Below, one piece after another: positions 17,219 to 25,888 of a DNA stretch of 64,000 nt. A model generated the notes under the pieces. It ran no database searches. It saw only the letters and a program-made list of their open reading frames with translations, and had not been told where the DNA came from. Within the stretch, counting starts at the first letter, position 1. Each line of letters begins with the position of its first letter. The position numbers were made by a program, and so were the translations under genes. The DNA is taken from assembly GCA_002314145.1 (NCBI GenBank), contig DCCG01000002.1, forward strand, positions 22,155-86,154, in the 5' to 3' direction. Origin of the DNA: Thalassolituus sp. UBA1087 (GTDB taxonomy: Bacteria; Pseudomonadota; Gammaproteobacteria; Pseudomonadales; Oceanobacteraceae).

Positions 17219-18548
17219 AACTCAGCGCCAGGCGCTGATCACTCTGTGCATCCGGTTATCCCGCAAGGGTTATTTTGCCGCAACCGGCGGCAATATCATG
17301 CTGCGCCTCGACGATAAACACGTGGCCGTGACGCCCTCAGCAACGGATTATTTCTCCATGACGGCGGCGGATATCTGTATCCTCACACTGGAGAATCTGA
17401 CGCAGGTAGATGGCATAAAAACACCATCCGTGGAGGCATCTTTACATGCGCAGCTGTTACGCCGGCGACCTGATGTACACTGCAGTATTCATACTCATCA
17501 GCCGCTGGCCAGTGCCTGCACTTTGCTGGCCCGGTCATTGCCGGTGCCGGACGACCTGCAGCCATTACTGGGAAAACACATTCCGCGCGCCCGTTATGCG
17601 CCTTCCGGCACGCGCATGCTGGCAAAAGCATTCGCTGCACAGATTAACTCAGCCAGTAACGCCTACCTGATGACTAACCATGGCATTGTGTGCGCGGGCC
17701 GTGATACAGACGATGCCATGCAGAATGTGGCCGCGCTGGAACACTGTGCACGTCAGTTTCTGCAACAGAATCTGCTGCACCGGATAGATAAACAACCGCC
17801 TCAGACAAAGCTGCTGCAAAGCATTCTCCGCACGCTGCAACAGGAGACGTCTGATACCGGAGCCGCCATTAAAACCATCCGCCAACACCAGCCACCCGCT
17901 CCGGTGTTGAGTGCCATTCAACAACAGCAATGGCATAACTGGCAGGCTATTAAACAGCGCTTACAGCAAAAAAATCTGTTGTGTAGCGCATCACCTTTTA
18001 TATCAGCACGTAACCCCGATGATCAGAGCATCTGGGGAGCGCCCGCCGATGCACCACAGCCAGAAAAAATTCGTTCTTGGCAGGAAGCAGCGGATGATCC
18101 GGCTGCTCTGCATCTTTGGATTTATGCCCGGCGACCGGATATTACTGCCATTGTCAGCGGCTGCGGTACCTATGGTCAGCTGATGCTTGAACTGTGCGGT
18201 TCCATGCCGGGTATTTTCGACGAACAGGTGCGCCACACAGGCATCATGCCCCCTCCGGCAGACAGCCGCCAGGCGGCAGCTAAAACCCTCGCGCGTGGGG
18301 GAAATATTGCCAGTATTGGCGATACGCCACTGGTCATGGGCATGACAGCTGAGCGGCTGATACTCAATGCCGAGTTATTTGAGAAAAGCGCCAAGGCTTA
18401 CCTGTTGGCCGCAGCCACCGGCCAGCCGGTGAAAACATTGCCATGGCCAGTGCGCTATATCGCCAACCGGCGGCTCAGAAAAGATCAGCAACAGGCACGC
18501 CTGAGGATACAGAAAGGCCTGCTGCCGGAAGAATCAACAGGCTACTGA
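17208..18548 (+). CDS. Two-domain class II aldolase/adducin family protein (intact N-domain, degenerate C-domain)
   Basis: N-domain GGNIMLR, TPS, PSVE, HTH, NHG (all Zn ligands present); C-domain LHLWIYARRPDITAIV...LNAELFEKSAKAY lacks the HxH and NHG ligands. Confidence 0.88.
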   Translation: MIFETQRQALITLCIRLSRKGYFAATGGNIMLRLDDKHVAVTPSATDYFSMTAADICILTLENLTQVDGIKTPSVEASLHAQLLRRRPDVHCSIHTHQPLASACTLLARSLPVPDDLQPLLGKHIPRARYAPSGTRMLAKAFAAQINSASNAYLMTNHGIVCAGRDTDDAMQNVAALEHCARQFLQQNLLHRIDKQPPQTKLLQSILRTLQQETSDTGAAIKTIRQHQPPAPVLSAIQQQQWHNWQAIKQRLQQKNLLCSASPFISARNPDDQSIWGAPADAPQPEKIRSWQEAADDPAALHLWIYARRPDITAIVSGCGTYGQLMLELCGSMPGIFDEQVRHTGIMPPPADSRQAAAKTLARGGNIASIGDTPLVMGMTAERLILNAELFEKSAKAYLLAAATGQPVKTLPWPVRYIANRRLRKDQQQARLRIQKGLLPEESTGY

Positions 18549-18557
18549 TTCCTTCGT

Positions 18558-19190
18558 TCACGCATAAGCCACGGCGCAGCCACCCAGACCACAATAGCCA
18601 TTGGGGTTTTTCGCCAGATACTGCTGGTGATAGGTTTCTGCCGGATAATAAGGGCCCGCCAACTGAATTTCCGTTGTAATATCACCCATACCGGCCTCAT
18701 TCAGGCGCTGCTGATAATGCGCACGCGTCGTTTCAGCAACGGCCAGATCTTCTTCAGAATTCAGGTATATTCCGGAACGGTACTGGGTGCCGATATCGTT
18801 ACCCTGACGCATCCCCTGAGTCGGATCATGACTTTCCCAGAAGACTTTTAATAAGGCTTCCAGTGTTACCTGTTGCGGGTCATACCAGATACGCACCAGC
18901 TCATTGTGGCCGGTCATACCGGTACAGACTTCTTCGTAAGTCGGGTTTTGAGTATGGCCACCGCCATAGCCCACCGAGGTCGAGTACACCCCGTCCAGCT
19001 GCCAGAAACGCCGTTCAGCGCCCCAGAAGCAGCCCATTCCGATCTGTAGCTCAGCCAGGCCGGCGGGCAGTTTTCCCAGAATCGGGTTACCATTAACATA
19101 GTGCTTTTCCGCGGTCGCAAATGCAGGCTGTTCACGGCCAGGCAAGGCTTCAGCGGCTGACGGAACCGCCATAAGTTTTGGACGCCACAT
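18558..19190 (-). CDS. msrA: Peptide methionine sulfoxide reductase MsrA
   Basis: [49 protein letters not shown]. Confidence 0.98.
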   Translation of the reverse strand: MWRPKLMAVPSAAEALPGREQPAFATAEKHYVNGNPILGKLPAGLAELQIGMGCFWGAERRFWQLDGVYSTSVGYGGGHTQNPTYEEVCTGMTGHNELVRIWYDPQQVTLEALLKVFWESHDPTQGMRQGNDIGTQYRSGIYLNSEEDLAVAETTRAHYQQRLNEAGMGDITTEIQLAGPYYPAETYHQQYLAKNPNGYCGLGGCAVAYA

Positions 19191-19224
19191 AACAGACTCC
19201 TCATATAAAGGGTACAGGCACAGT

Positions 19225-19959
19225 ATGACTGAAAAAACAGCAGAATATTCCCTGCATTTTCTGGGGACAGGCAGTGGCGGCGAACTCAGTATGGGTTGCT
19301 CTGCTGCAGTACTGATGCACGACCATCAGCCTCACCTGATGATTGACTGTGGCCCGGGCACGGTCAACGCGTACGTAAAAACCTTTGGCAAGCTGCCCTC
19401 TGCCCTGTTTATTACCCACGGCCATCTGGATCATATTGCTGATCTGGAAATTCTCACCGTGCGGTTGCGCCTGTCCGGCGCGGCACCCGTACCTTTATTT
19501 GTGCCGGTGAATATTATTCCACTGCTGCATCAGCGGTTGGCCAGTTATCCCGGCACCATGGCCGAAGGCGGGCATAATTTCTGGCAGTCCTTTCAGTTGA
19601 TTCCGGTCACAGAGGCATTTGAATTTCAGGGCCTGGATTTTCACCTGTACCCTACCCGCCACCACGCCCCGGGCTTCAGCTACGCCCTGCACGTACCGGG
19701 TCTATTTATCTATACCGGCGATACCCGCCCGGTGCCGGAAATTATTCACCACCAACTGGCAGGCACTGAGCATATTTTTCACGACTGCGGCGCTGAACCT
19801 AATCCATCCCACACAGGCTTAAGTGATTTAAACCGCGAATACCGTGGCGACCTGCTTAGCCAGTTTGTACTGTACCATTACGCCAACGAAGCCGCGGCCA
19901 AAACCATGGAGCAGGCAGGCTTTACTGTGGCACGCCCCGGTGACTCTTTTACCTTATAA
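19225..19959 (+). CDS. MBL-fold metallohydrolase (RNase Z/phosphodiesterase-like)
   Basis: [19 protein letters not shown] (HxHxDH), YTGDT, FHDC, SHT, LYHY. Confidence 0.88.
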   Translation: MTEKTAEYSLHFLGTGSGGELSMGCSAAVLMHDHQPHLMIDCGPGTVNAYVKTFGKLPSALFITHGHLDHIADLEILTVRLRLSGAAPVPLFVPVNIIPLLHQRLASYPGTMAEGGHNFWQSFQLIPVTEAFEFQGLDFHLYPTRHHAPGFSYALHVPGLFIYTGDTRPVPEIIHHQLAGTEHIFHDCGAEPNPSHTGLSDLNREYRGDLLSQFVLYHYANEAAAKTMEQAGFTVARPGDSFTL

Positions 19960-19971
19960 TTTTCACGTCAG

Positions 19972-20631
19972 ATGAATCAAAAACCATTCGAACAGCGGCT
20001 GAACACAGCCATTCAGCAGATGCTGCACGACGCCAGCGTCAGTGTGCAGACATTACCCCAATGCCCCCAGATTAAACTCTGGCTGGTTGAGCCCGGCGCC
20101 ATGCAGCGCCCGTTTACTCAGGATGAAATTGTAAATATCCAGAATTATCCGGCGTACTGGGCTTTCTGCTGGGCCAGCGGTCAGGTGCTGGCGCGGGAAA
20201 TCCTGGCGAATCCGCATTGGGTAAAAGATAAAAAGGTGATGGATTTTGGCGCCGGTTCCGGCGTAGTGGCCATTGCCTGCAGGATAGCGGGTGCGCGGGA
20301 AGTGATCGCCTGCGATATTGATGCGGATGCCCTGCTGTCCTGTGAAGCAAACGCGGAATTAAATAAGGTGAATTACCGCATTCACGGTGATCTGTTTGCG
20401 TTTAACGAAGATCTTGATCTGCTGATTGCTGCCGACGTACTGTACGACAAAGCTAACCTGCCGTTACTGGACGTGTTCCGCAACAAAGCGAACGAAGTGC
20501 TGGTTGCCGATTCACGGGTGAAAAATTTTGATTTCCCGCCCTATCAGGCCATCGGCCGGCACGAATCCTTTACCGTGCCGGATCTCGATGAGCTGGATGA
20601 ATTCAGATGGGTCAATCTTTACCGCAGCTGA
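19972..20631 (+). CDS. Class I SAM-dependent methyltransferase (METTL20-like), paralog of 8110-8778
   Basis: PAYWAFCWASG, VMDFGAGSG, ACDID, IAADVLYD. Confidence 0.88.
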   Translation: MNQKPFEQRLNTAIQQMLHDASVSVQTLPQCPQIKLWLVEPGAMQRPFTQDEIVNIQNYPAYWAFCWASGQVLAREILANPHWVKDKKVMDFGAGSGVVAIACRIAGAREVIACDIDADALLSCEANAELNKVNYRIHGDLFAFNEDLDLLIAADVLYDKANLPLLDVFRNKANEVLVADSRVKNFDFPPYQAIGRHESFTVPDLDELDEFRWVNLYRS

Positions 20632-20662
20632 ATTCATCCACCGCGCTTTAAACAGCCGCTGT

Positions 20663-22483
20663 TTAAGCGTCCGGCATTTCAATGCGGCGGTTGCCGGCAC
20701 CTTTGGTTACCGCCAACGGACCGGCGCTTGAAACGCTGTACTCGCTGTCCCGGATGGTGCTGACATAGAACCATTCAGCAGACGCTTTATCCTGCGTATA
20801 AGTCACCATCATATAGCCACGGTCAGCAGCATTCAGGTATTTCAGGTCATCCACCAGCGTAGTCACCGCCATCTCAAAATTTTCCTGCATCTGGGCTGGC
20901 TGGGCGCTGTTTTCCAGACCTAAATAGCGTTCAAAGCCCGGAGAGGTAACAGAACCCGTAGCGAATTCAACGGCGGCCGGGTCACCGGAGCGGTCAATAG
21001 CACCGGTACTGGTATTCATCAGATAGATATCATTGGCCCAGGCGTTGTGGGTATCGCCTGCCAGCACAATGGTATTCTTCTGCAGTTGAGCGGAGGTCTG
21101 TAACAGCTGCTCACGGTTGTACATATAACCGTCCCAGGCATCCAGGTTATAGGGCACGACCGTCGTTACCCGTGCACGCTCTTCATCCGTAAGTGTGGAA
21201 TCGCCCTGCAGTACCCGTTGCTTGATGGTGACCAGCTCGGAGAGCATAGTCAGTAATTGTTGCTGCGCAGCGTCGGCATCACCACCACTGCTTAACAAAG
21301 ACTGCAAAGTGCCGAGACCAGTCAGCAACTCCATGGGCACGTTCATACGCCCCATCAGAACCTGCTGACCGATGACCTGCCATACCGCATTGGAGTCCGA
21401 CATCCACTGCTGTACCTGAGCAACCTGCGTATCCCCCATCAGAGTGCGATCGGCACTCATCAGAACTGAGCTGTCTGCCATAATATCGGCAAAACCCAGC
21501 TGCTCTGAACGTGCCAACAGGCGGGTTTCCAGCATATGCAGGCTGACCAGATCGCCAAAATCAAAGGTGCGGTAGATGGCTTTCAGGTCAGAACCGCTGC
21601 GGATCGGCAGCCATTCATGATAGGCCTGCACGGCAGCATTCATACGCTCTGTCCAGCTGCCTTCACCGTCATTATGATTCTCTGCACCATTTTTATAGGA
21701 GTCATTGGCCACTTCGTGGTCATCCCAGATGCAGATAAACGGCTTGTTCTGATGCGCCAGCTGCAGGTAAGTGTCAGAACGGTACTGGGCATAACGTTCA
21801 CGGTATTCAGACAGGGTCAGCAACTCAGCCACAGGTTCCGGCGCCCGTACCTGAGCGTCAGCGGTCGGGTATTCATTGGAGCCATATTCATAAATGTAAT
21901 CACCCAGGTGAACAATCACATCCGCATCACTGTTGGCCATTTCACGATAGGCATTAAACAGCCCGGCCGGGTAGTTGGAGCAGGAGCAGACCGCCATTTT
22001 GACCTGATCAACCTGCCCGGTTGGCAGAGTTTTGGTCTGGCCGACCGGTGAGGCAGCTTCGTCTGATACCGCAAACTGATAGTAGTAAGTAGTGTCCGGC
22101 TGCAGGCCGGTAATATCGAGCTTAACGGTAAAGTCTTTGCTGGCATCGGTGTTGGTAATGCCATTATTGAATACCTGGGTACCCTGCTCATCATGATAAA
22201 CCGCCCAGGCAACGTTCACAGTGCCACTATATTCTTCATCGTCCGGCGTAACACGGGTCCAGATAATCACCCGGTCGCTCAGCGGATCACCGGAGGCGAC
22301 ACCATGACCGAAAGCGAAAACAACATTATTGTCGATGGGAGCGCCGTTGCTGTTGTTGTTGCTGTCGTTATCATCGTCGTCCCCAAAACATCCGGTCAGA
22401 ACAGCCGGCACTGAAACGGCCCCGGCGCCGGCAGCGACGGATTTCATAAAACGGCGACGGGTAAAAGCGGTCTTGGATGACAT
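20663..22483 (-). CDS. phoD: PhoD alkaline phosphatase, Tat-exported lipoprotein
   Basis: TRRRFMK Tat motif, lipobox LTGC, HGVASGDP, HLGDYIYE, WDDHEVAND, DAWDGY, GDTH. Confidence 0.94.
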   Translation of the reverse strand: MSSKTAFTRRRFMKSVAAGAGAVSVPAVLTGCFGDDDDNDSNNNSNGAPIDNNVVFAFGHGVASGDPLSDRVIIWTRVTPDDEEYSGTVNVAWAVYHDEQGTQVFNNGITNTDASKDFTVKLDITGLQPDTTYYYQFAVSDEAASPVGQTKTLPTGQVDQVKMAVCSCSNYPAGLFNAYREMANSDADVIVHLGDYIYEYGSNEYPTADAQVRAPEPVAELLTLSEYRERYAQYRSDTYLQLAHQNKPFICIWDDHEVANDSYKNGAENHNDGEGSWTERMNAAVQAYHEWLPIRSGSDLKAIYRTFDFGDLVSLHMLETRLLARSEQLGFADIMADSSVLMSADRTLMGDTQVAQVQQWMSDSNAVWQVIGQQVLMGRMNVPMELLTGLGTLQSLLSSGGDADAAQQQLLTMLSELVTIKQRVLQGDSTLTDEERARVTTVVPYNLDAWDGYMYNREQLLQTSAQLQKNTIVLAGDTHNAWANDIYLMNTSTGAIDRSGDPAAVEFATGSVTSPGFERYLGLENSAQPAQMQENFEMAVTTLVDDLKYLNAADRGYMMVTYTQDKASAEWFYVSTIRDSEYSVSSAGPLAVTKGAGNRRIEMPDA

Positions 22484-22534
22484 GCGGTTAATCCTGTAGA
22501 GAACAATAATGGTTCCATATAGGACTAAATTTGT

Positions 22535-22552
22535 AAGACGTTTTTATGACAA
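22535..22552 (-). promoter_or_regulatory. Putative Pho box upstream of phoD
   Basis: Minus strand TTGTCAT-AAAA-ACGTCTT compared with consensus CTGTCAT-AWAW-CTGTCAY; GTC cores are 11 bp apart. Confidence 0.5.
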
Positions 22553-22678
22553 CATTGATGCCATCAGCGGCACAAAAGCCTTCTCCGGCAGAACAATCCG
22601 GGCGAGAAAAAGTAGCCCGTGAATACAGTATCCAGTACACTCTTGCCCCTTTATCTTTACCTATTTACCAGGCTCCGG

Positions 22679-24607
22679 ATGCTCGATAAAAACGCTCTGT
22701 CTCAGCTCAAAACACTGAAAAAAGAAATCCACGACAGTACACCCAGATATCAGGGGCGCGTACGCACCACAGGTGGACGTTTTGGCTTCGTCAACACCGA
22801 CGATGGTAAGCAGTTCTTTATTGCTCCCGATGAGATGGAAAAACTCCTGCCCGGCGATGTGATTGAATTCCGGGTGGAGCCTGCCGGTGAAGGCAAAGAA
22901 CAGGCATTCACGGAAAAGCTCGTCAGTACCGAGCTGAACGAATTCTTCGGGCGCTACATCATCCGTGGCAAAGGCCATTTTATTGAACCTGACCATAACA
23001 CGCTCAATCGCTGGATATTCGTGCCGCCAGCGGCGCGCAATCAGGCTGAAGAAGGTGATTTCGTAGCGGCGCACATTACCAAACACCCTTATCCGGCCGG
23101 CAAAGTACAGGCAGCCATTGATACTGTCATCGGCAAGCCGGACGATGAGCATATCGAAAACCGCTTTATCAAAGCCAAATTCCATATTGCAGACGCATTT
23201 GATGACGAGGTGAACGCCGAAGCACAGGCCCTGACGGCACAGGACACCCATGCGCTCAGCAGCGAAAGAACGGATCTGACCCACCTGCCGTTTGTCACCA
23301 TTGATTCAGCCAATACCCGCGACATTGACGACGCGCTGTACGCCGAAGCATTGAGTGAAGGCTGGACATTGTGGGTCGCTATTGCCGATCCGGCGGCCCT
23401 GATCGCCCCGGATTCTGCGCTTGACCGGGCCGCGCAACAGCGCACGACCTCGGTCTATCTGCCGGATCAGGTTATTCCTATGTTACCGGCGGAACTGTCA
23501 GAACAGCTGTGCTCATTACAGGAAGGGGAAAACCGCCTCGCCATGGTAGCCGAGCTGAAAGTACTGGAAGATGGCAGTATCGATCAGATTCATATTCACA
23601 ATGCGTTGATCCGCAGTCATGCCAAACTCAGCTACCAACAGATGGCGGCGTTTCTGGATGGCGAAAGCAATGCTATTGCGGCAGAGCTGCAGGGGCCGGC
23701 TGTGCACCTGGATGGTTGCGCCAGAGCACTGGCCGAATGGCGTCAGAAAAACTGCCTGTTGATGGATGACCGGCCGGATTACAAGCTGGTCACCGACGAG
23801 AAAGGTAAGGTGAAAGAAATCGTCCGCATTGAACGTAATCAGGCCCATCGTCTGGTTGAAGAGTGCATGCTGGCGTGTAATCGCTCAATCGCTGACTGGC
23901 TGGCAGAAAAAGGCAGCGGATTTTTTATTGAACATGCCGGCGTACGTAACGAACGCAAAGGCGAAGTGGCGGCCCTGCTGAAAGAGCACCTGCCACTGGA
24001 GCAGAAACCGTCACTGGATACACTGGCGGATTATGTCTCCCTGATGCAGCAGGCAGATCAGTCCGCCAGCGAACTGCCCCTGCGTATGATCGTCAGCCGC
24101 CAGCTGGAACGCAGCAATCTGTCCAACGAAGCCAAACCGCATTTTGGTCTGGGCTTTCAGCACTACACCACCTTCACTTCTCCGCTGCGCAAATACAATG
24201 ATCTGATCATTCACCGGATAGTGCGCAAGCTGTTACAGGGAGAAGCGGCTGAAGCCTGTGATGAAGCCCTGCTGGCGGCTATTCAGAGCGGTCAGGCGAA
24301 TGCCCGCATTGCTGCTCAGCAAAGTGAGTCCTGGCTCAAACTGCAATGGCTGCAACAACAGGATAAAGACACCATTTACCCGGCCAGTATTGTGCACATG
24401 AATTCCGGCACTATTACCGTGCGACTGGACGATTCCGGTATCGAAGGCGGCATTGACCGTCGTAAAGCCGGCAAAGAATGGACCTTTGACACCAAAACAC
24501 TCAGCCATCGCAGTGCGGATGCCCGCTTTGTTCTGGGCCAGCAGGTCCGGGTAAAAGTCAAAGATATTCAACCCCAGGCACGCCTGGCGCGGTTTGTTCT
24601 GGCCTGA
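22679..24607 (+). CDS. rnb: RNase II/RNase R (RNB) family 3'-5' exoribonuclease
   Basis: Cold-shock domain GFV, catalytic TIDSANTRDIDDA, AIADP, VEECML, HFGLG, YTTFTSPLRKY, C-terminal S1 domain. Start set at ATG 22679. Confidence 0.92.
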   Translation: MLDKNALSQLKTLKKEIHDSTPRYQGRVRTTGGRFGFVNTDDGKQFFIAPDEMEKLLPGDVIEFRVEPAGEGKEQAFTEKLVSTELNEFFGRYIIRGKGHFIEPDHNTLNRWIFVPPAARNQAEEGDFVAAHITKHPYPAGKVQAAIDTVIGKPDDEHIENRFIKAKFHIADAFDDEVNAEAQALTAQDTHALSSERTDLTHLPFVTIDSANTRDIDDALYAEALSEGWTLWVAIADPAALIAPDSALDRAAQQRTTSVYLPDQVIPMLPAELSEQLCSLQEGENRLAMVAELKVLEDGSIDQIHIHNALIRSHAKLSYQQMAAFLDGESNAIAAELQGPAVHLDGCARALAEWRQKNCLLMDDRPDYKLVTDEKGKVKEIVRIERNQAHRLVEECMLACNRSIADWLAEKGSGFFIEHAGVRNERKGEVAALLKEHLPLEQKPSLDTLADYVSLMQQADQSASELPLRMIVSRQLERSNLSNEAKPHFGLGFQHYTTFTSPLRKYNDLIIHRIVRKLLQGEAAEACDEALLAAIQSGQANARIAAQQSESWLKLQWLQQQDKDTIYPASIVHMNSGTITVRLDDSGIEGGIDRRKAGKEWTFDTKTLSHRSADARFVLGQQVRVKVKDIQPQARLARFVLA

Positions 24608-24647
24608 TTAAAGCATGGGCACCGCCTTATTCCGGGCGGCACAGGTA

Positions 24648-24684
24648 TCAATAAAAAAGGAGCCCGTGGCTCCTTTTTTATTGA
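24648..24684. terminator. Bidirectional intrinsic terminator between rnb and the MvaT-like gene
   Basis: Perfect 17-bp inverted repeat TCAATAAAAAAGGAGCC-CGT-GGCTCCTTTTTTATTGA. Confidence 0.9.
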
Positions 24685-24807
24685 TGACTGCTTTACCTGT
24701 TACCACTTATTCCGTTGTCTTATCCGGCCGGCGATATTCAACCCACGTTATGAATATTCACTCATATTCGCTGGCAGAAACCGCCGGATATAACGGCAGA
24801 CGGTTTA

Positions 24808-25272
24808 TCAGTCGATTTTCCAGGTACGGACCATGGCAAATCCATGTTCTTCAATCCATTGATCCAGTTGTTTCGGATTACGCTTAATCTTTTCAACTTT
24901 TTCCTGAGTCGCCGGATTACGATATGTGCCAACCGGTAATTTCGGTTTCGGCAGAGACGATTCCTTCTCGGCTTTGGCACGCGGACCACGGGGCGCAGTA
25001 CGGGCAAAGTGCTTTTTCAGGTTGGTATAAATGGATGACGGGTTATCTTCTTTCGCCATACCCAGAATCCACTGCTCAATCTGTTCCGCCCGCGAAACAT
25101 ATAATTCGTTCTCGGTCAGGCTGTTCTGATTGCATAAACGCTGAATAACGGTTTCAAACTCTTTAATACCTTCGAGTTTCTTTTCCTGCGCTTTACGCAA
25201 TTCTTCCAGTTCCTGAATTTTTTGTTGGTGCTGTTTTATTTGCTTATCAATATCGATATCAAATACGCTCAC
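24808..25272 (-). CDS. MvaT/H-NS-like nucleoid-associated protein
   Basis: N-terminal coiled coil; C-terminal YRNPATQEKVE....N.KQL..WIEEHG...VRTW aligns with the MvaT DNA-binding domain pattern YKNPHTGEVIETKGGNHKTLKEWK..WG...VESW. Confidence 0.75.
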   Translation of the reverse strand: MSVFDIDIDKQIKQHQQKIQELEELRKAQEKKLEGIKEFETVIQRLCNQNSLTENELYVSRAEQIEQWILGMAKEDNPSSIYTNLKKHFARTAPRGPRAKAEKESSLPKPKLPVGTYRNPATQEKVEKIKRNPKQLDQWIEEHGFAMVRTWKID

Positions 25273-25596
25273 TGCATTACCTCAATATAGAGTCGTAATT
25301 TATATATATAAGACAATCCATTCCGCCCCACAGAGACAGGTTGCCGCGACAGATAAACACACAATGTGATTACTGAATATTCATATACCGGAATACGCAG
25401 ACGTGGCGGCGTTTATCATCGCCAAAGGGGTATGCGGTTGTCTTATCAGACTAGGTTGCGCTGTTATTATAGCCATATATGAACAATTTGAACAATCGCT
25501 TCTCTGTAAAGAAAAGCCCGGCGGATAACGGCCATCATGACGCCTGTCATCATTGAGTAAAGAATCCCCTCTGCGGGGTTCACGTCTCTTGTACAA

Positions 25597-25615
25597 TCAA
25601 ATGATAAACATTACC
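25597..25615 (+). promoter_or_regulatory. Fur box upstream of feoAB
   Basis: TCAAATGATAAACATTACC matches 14 of 19 positions of GATAATGATAATCATTATC; a weaker second site lies at about 25617-25635. Confidence 0.75.
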
Positions 25616-25648
25616 ATCTGGGTAATCATTTTACCCTGCCGGACAGAT

Positions 25649-25888
25649 ATGACCACGCTTACACTGGATCAACTCGAATCAGGTGCTCAGGCACGCATTA
25701 CCGGGTTTACCGCAACTGAAACAAACTTCCGCCGCAAATTGCTGGCACTGGGCGTTATGCCCGGCGCTCAGCTTGAAGTACGCCGCTTTGCCCCGCTGGG
25801 CGATCCGATTCAGATTCAGCTGCGGGGCTCTTCCATCAGTCTGCGCCGTCAGGAAGCTTCCATTATTCAAGTCGAGGTGATCGGATGA
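25649..25888 (+). CDS. feoA: Ferrous iron transport protein A
   Basis: RRKLLALGVMPG, RFAPLGDPI, SLRRQEA; ATGA overlap with feoB. Confidence 0.96.
   Translation: MTTLTLDQLESGAQARITGFTATETNFRRKLLALGVMPGAQLEVRRFAPLGDPIQIQLRGSSISLRRQEASIIQVEVIG

Noticed and set aside
20595-20639. 12-bp inverted repeat GGATGAATTCAG...CTGAATTCATCC
   Set aside because: Single occurrence spanning a stop codon, with no target-site duplication or second copy; not supportable as a MITE or REP.
22336-22381. Trinucleotide-like low-complexity tract (GTT/GTC/ATC)
   Set aside because: Encodes the D/N linker of PhoD; not a contingency repeat.
25273-25596. Fur-regulated sRNA (PrrF/RyhB-like) in the long mvaT-like/feoA intergenic region
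   Set aside because: No recognisable PrrF/RyhB core and no U-tailed terminator. The region is explicable as two divergent promoters, though RNA-seq could still reveal a transcript.
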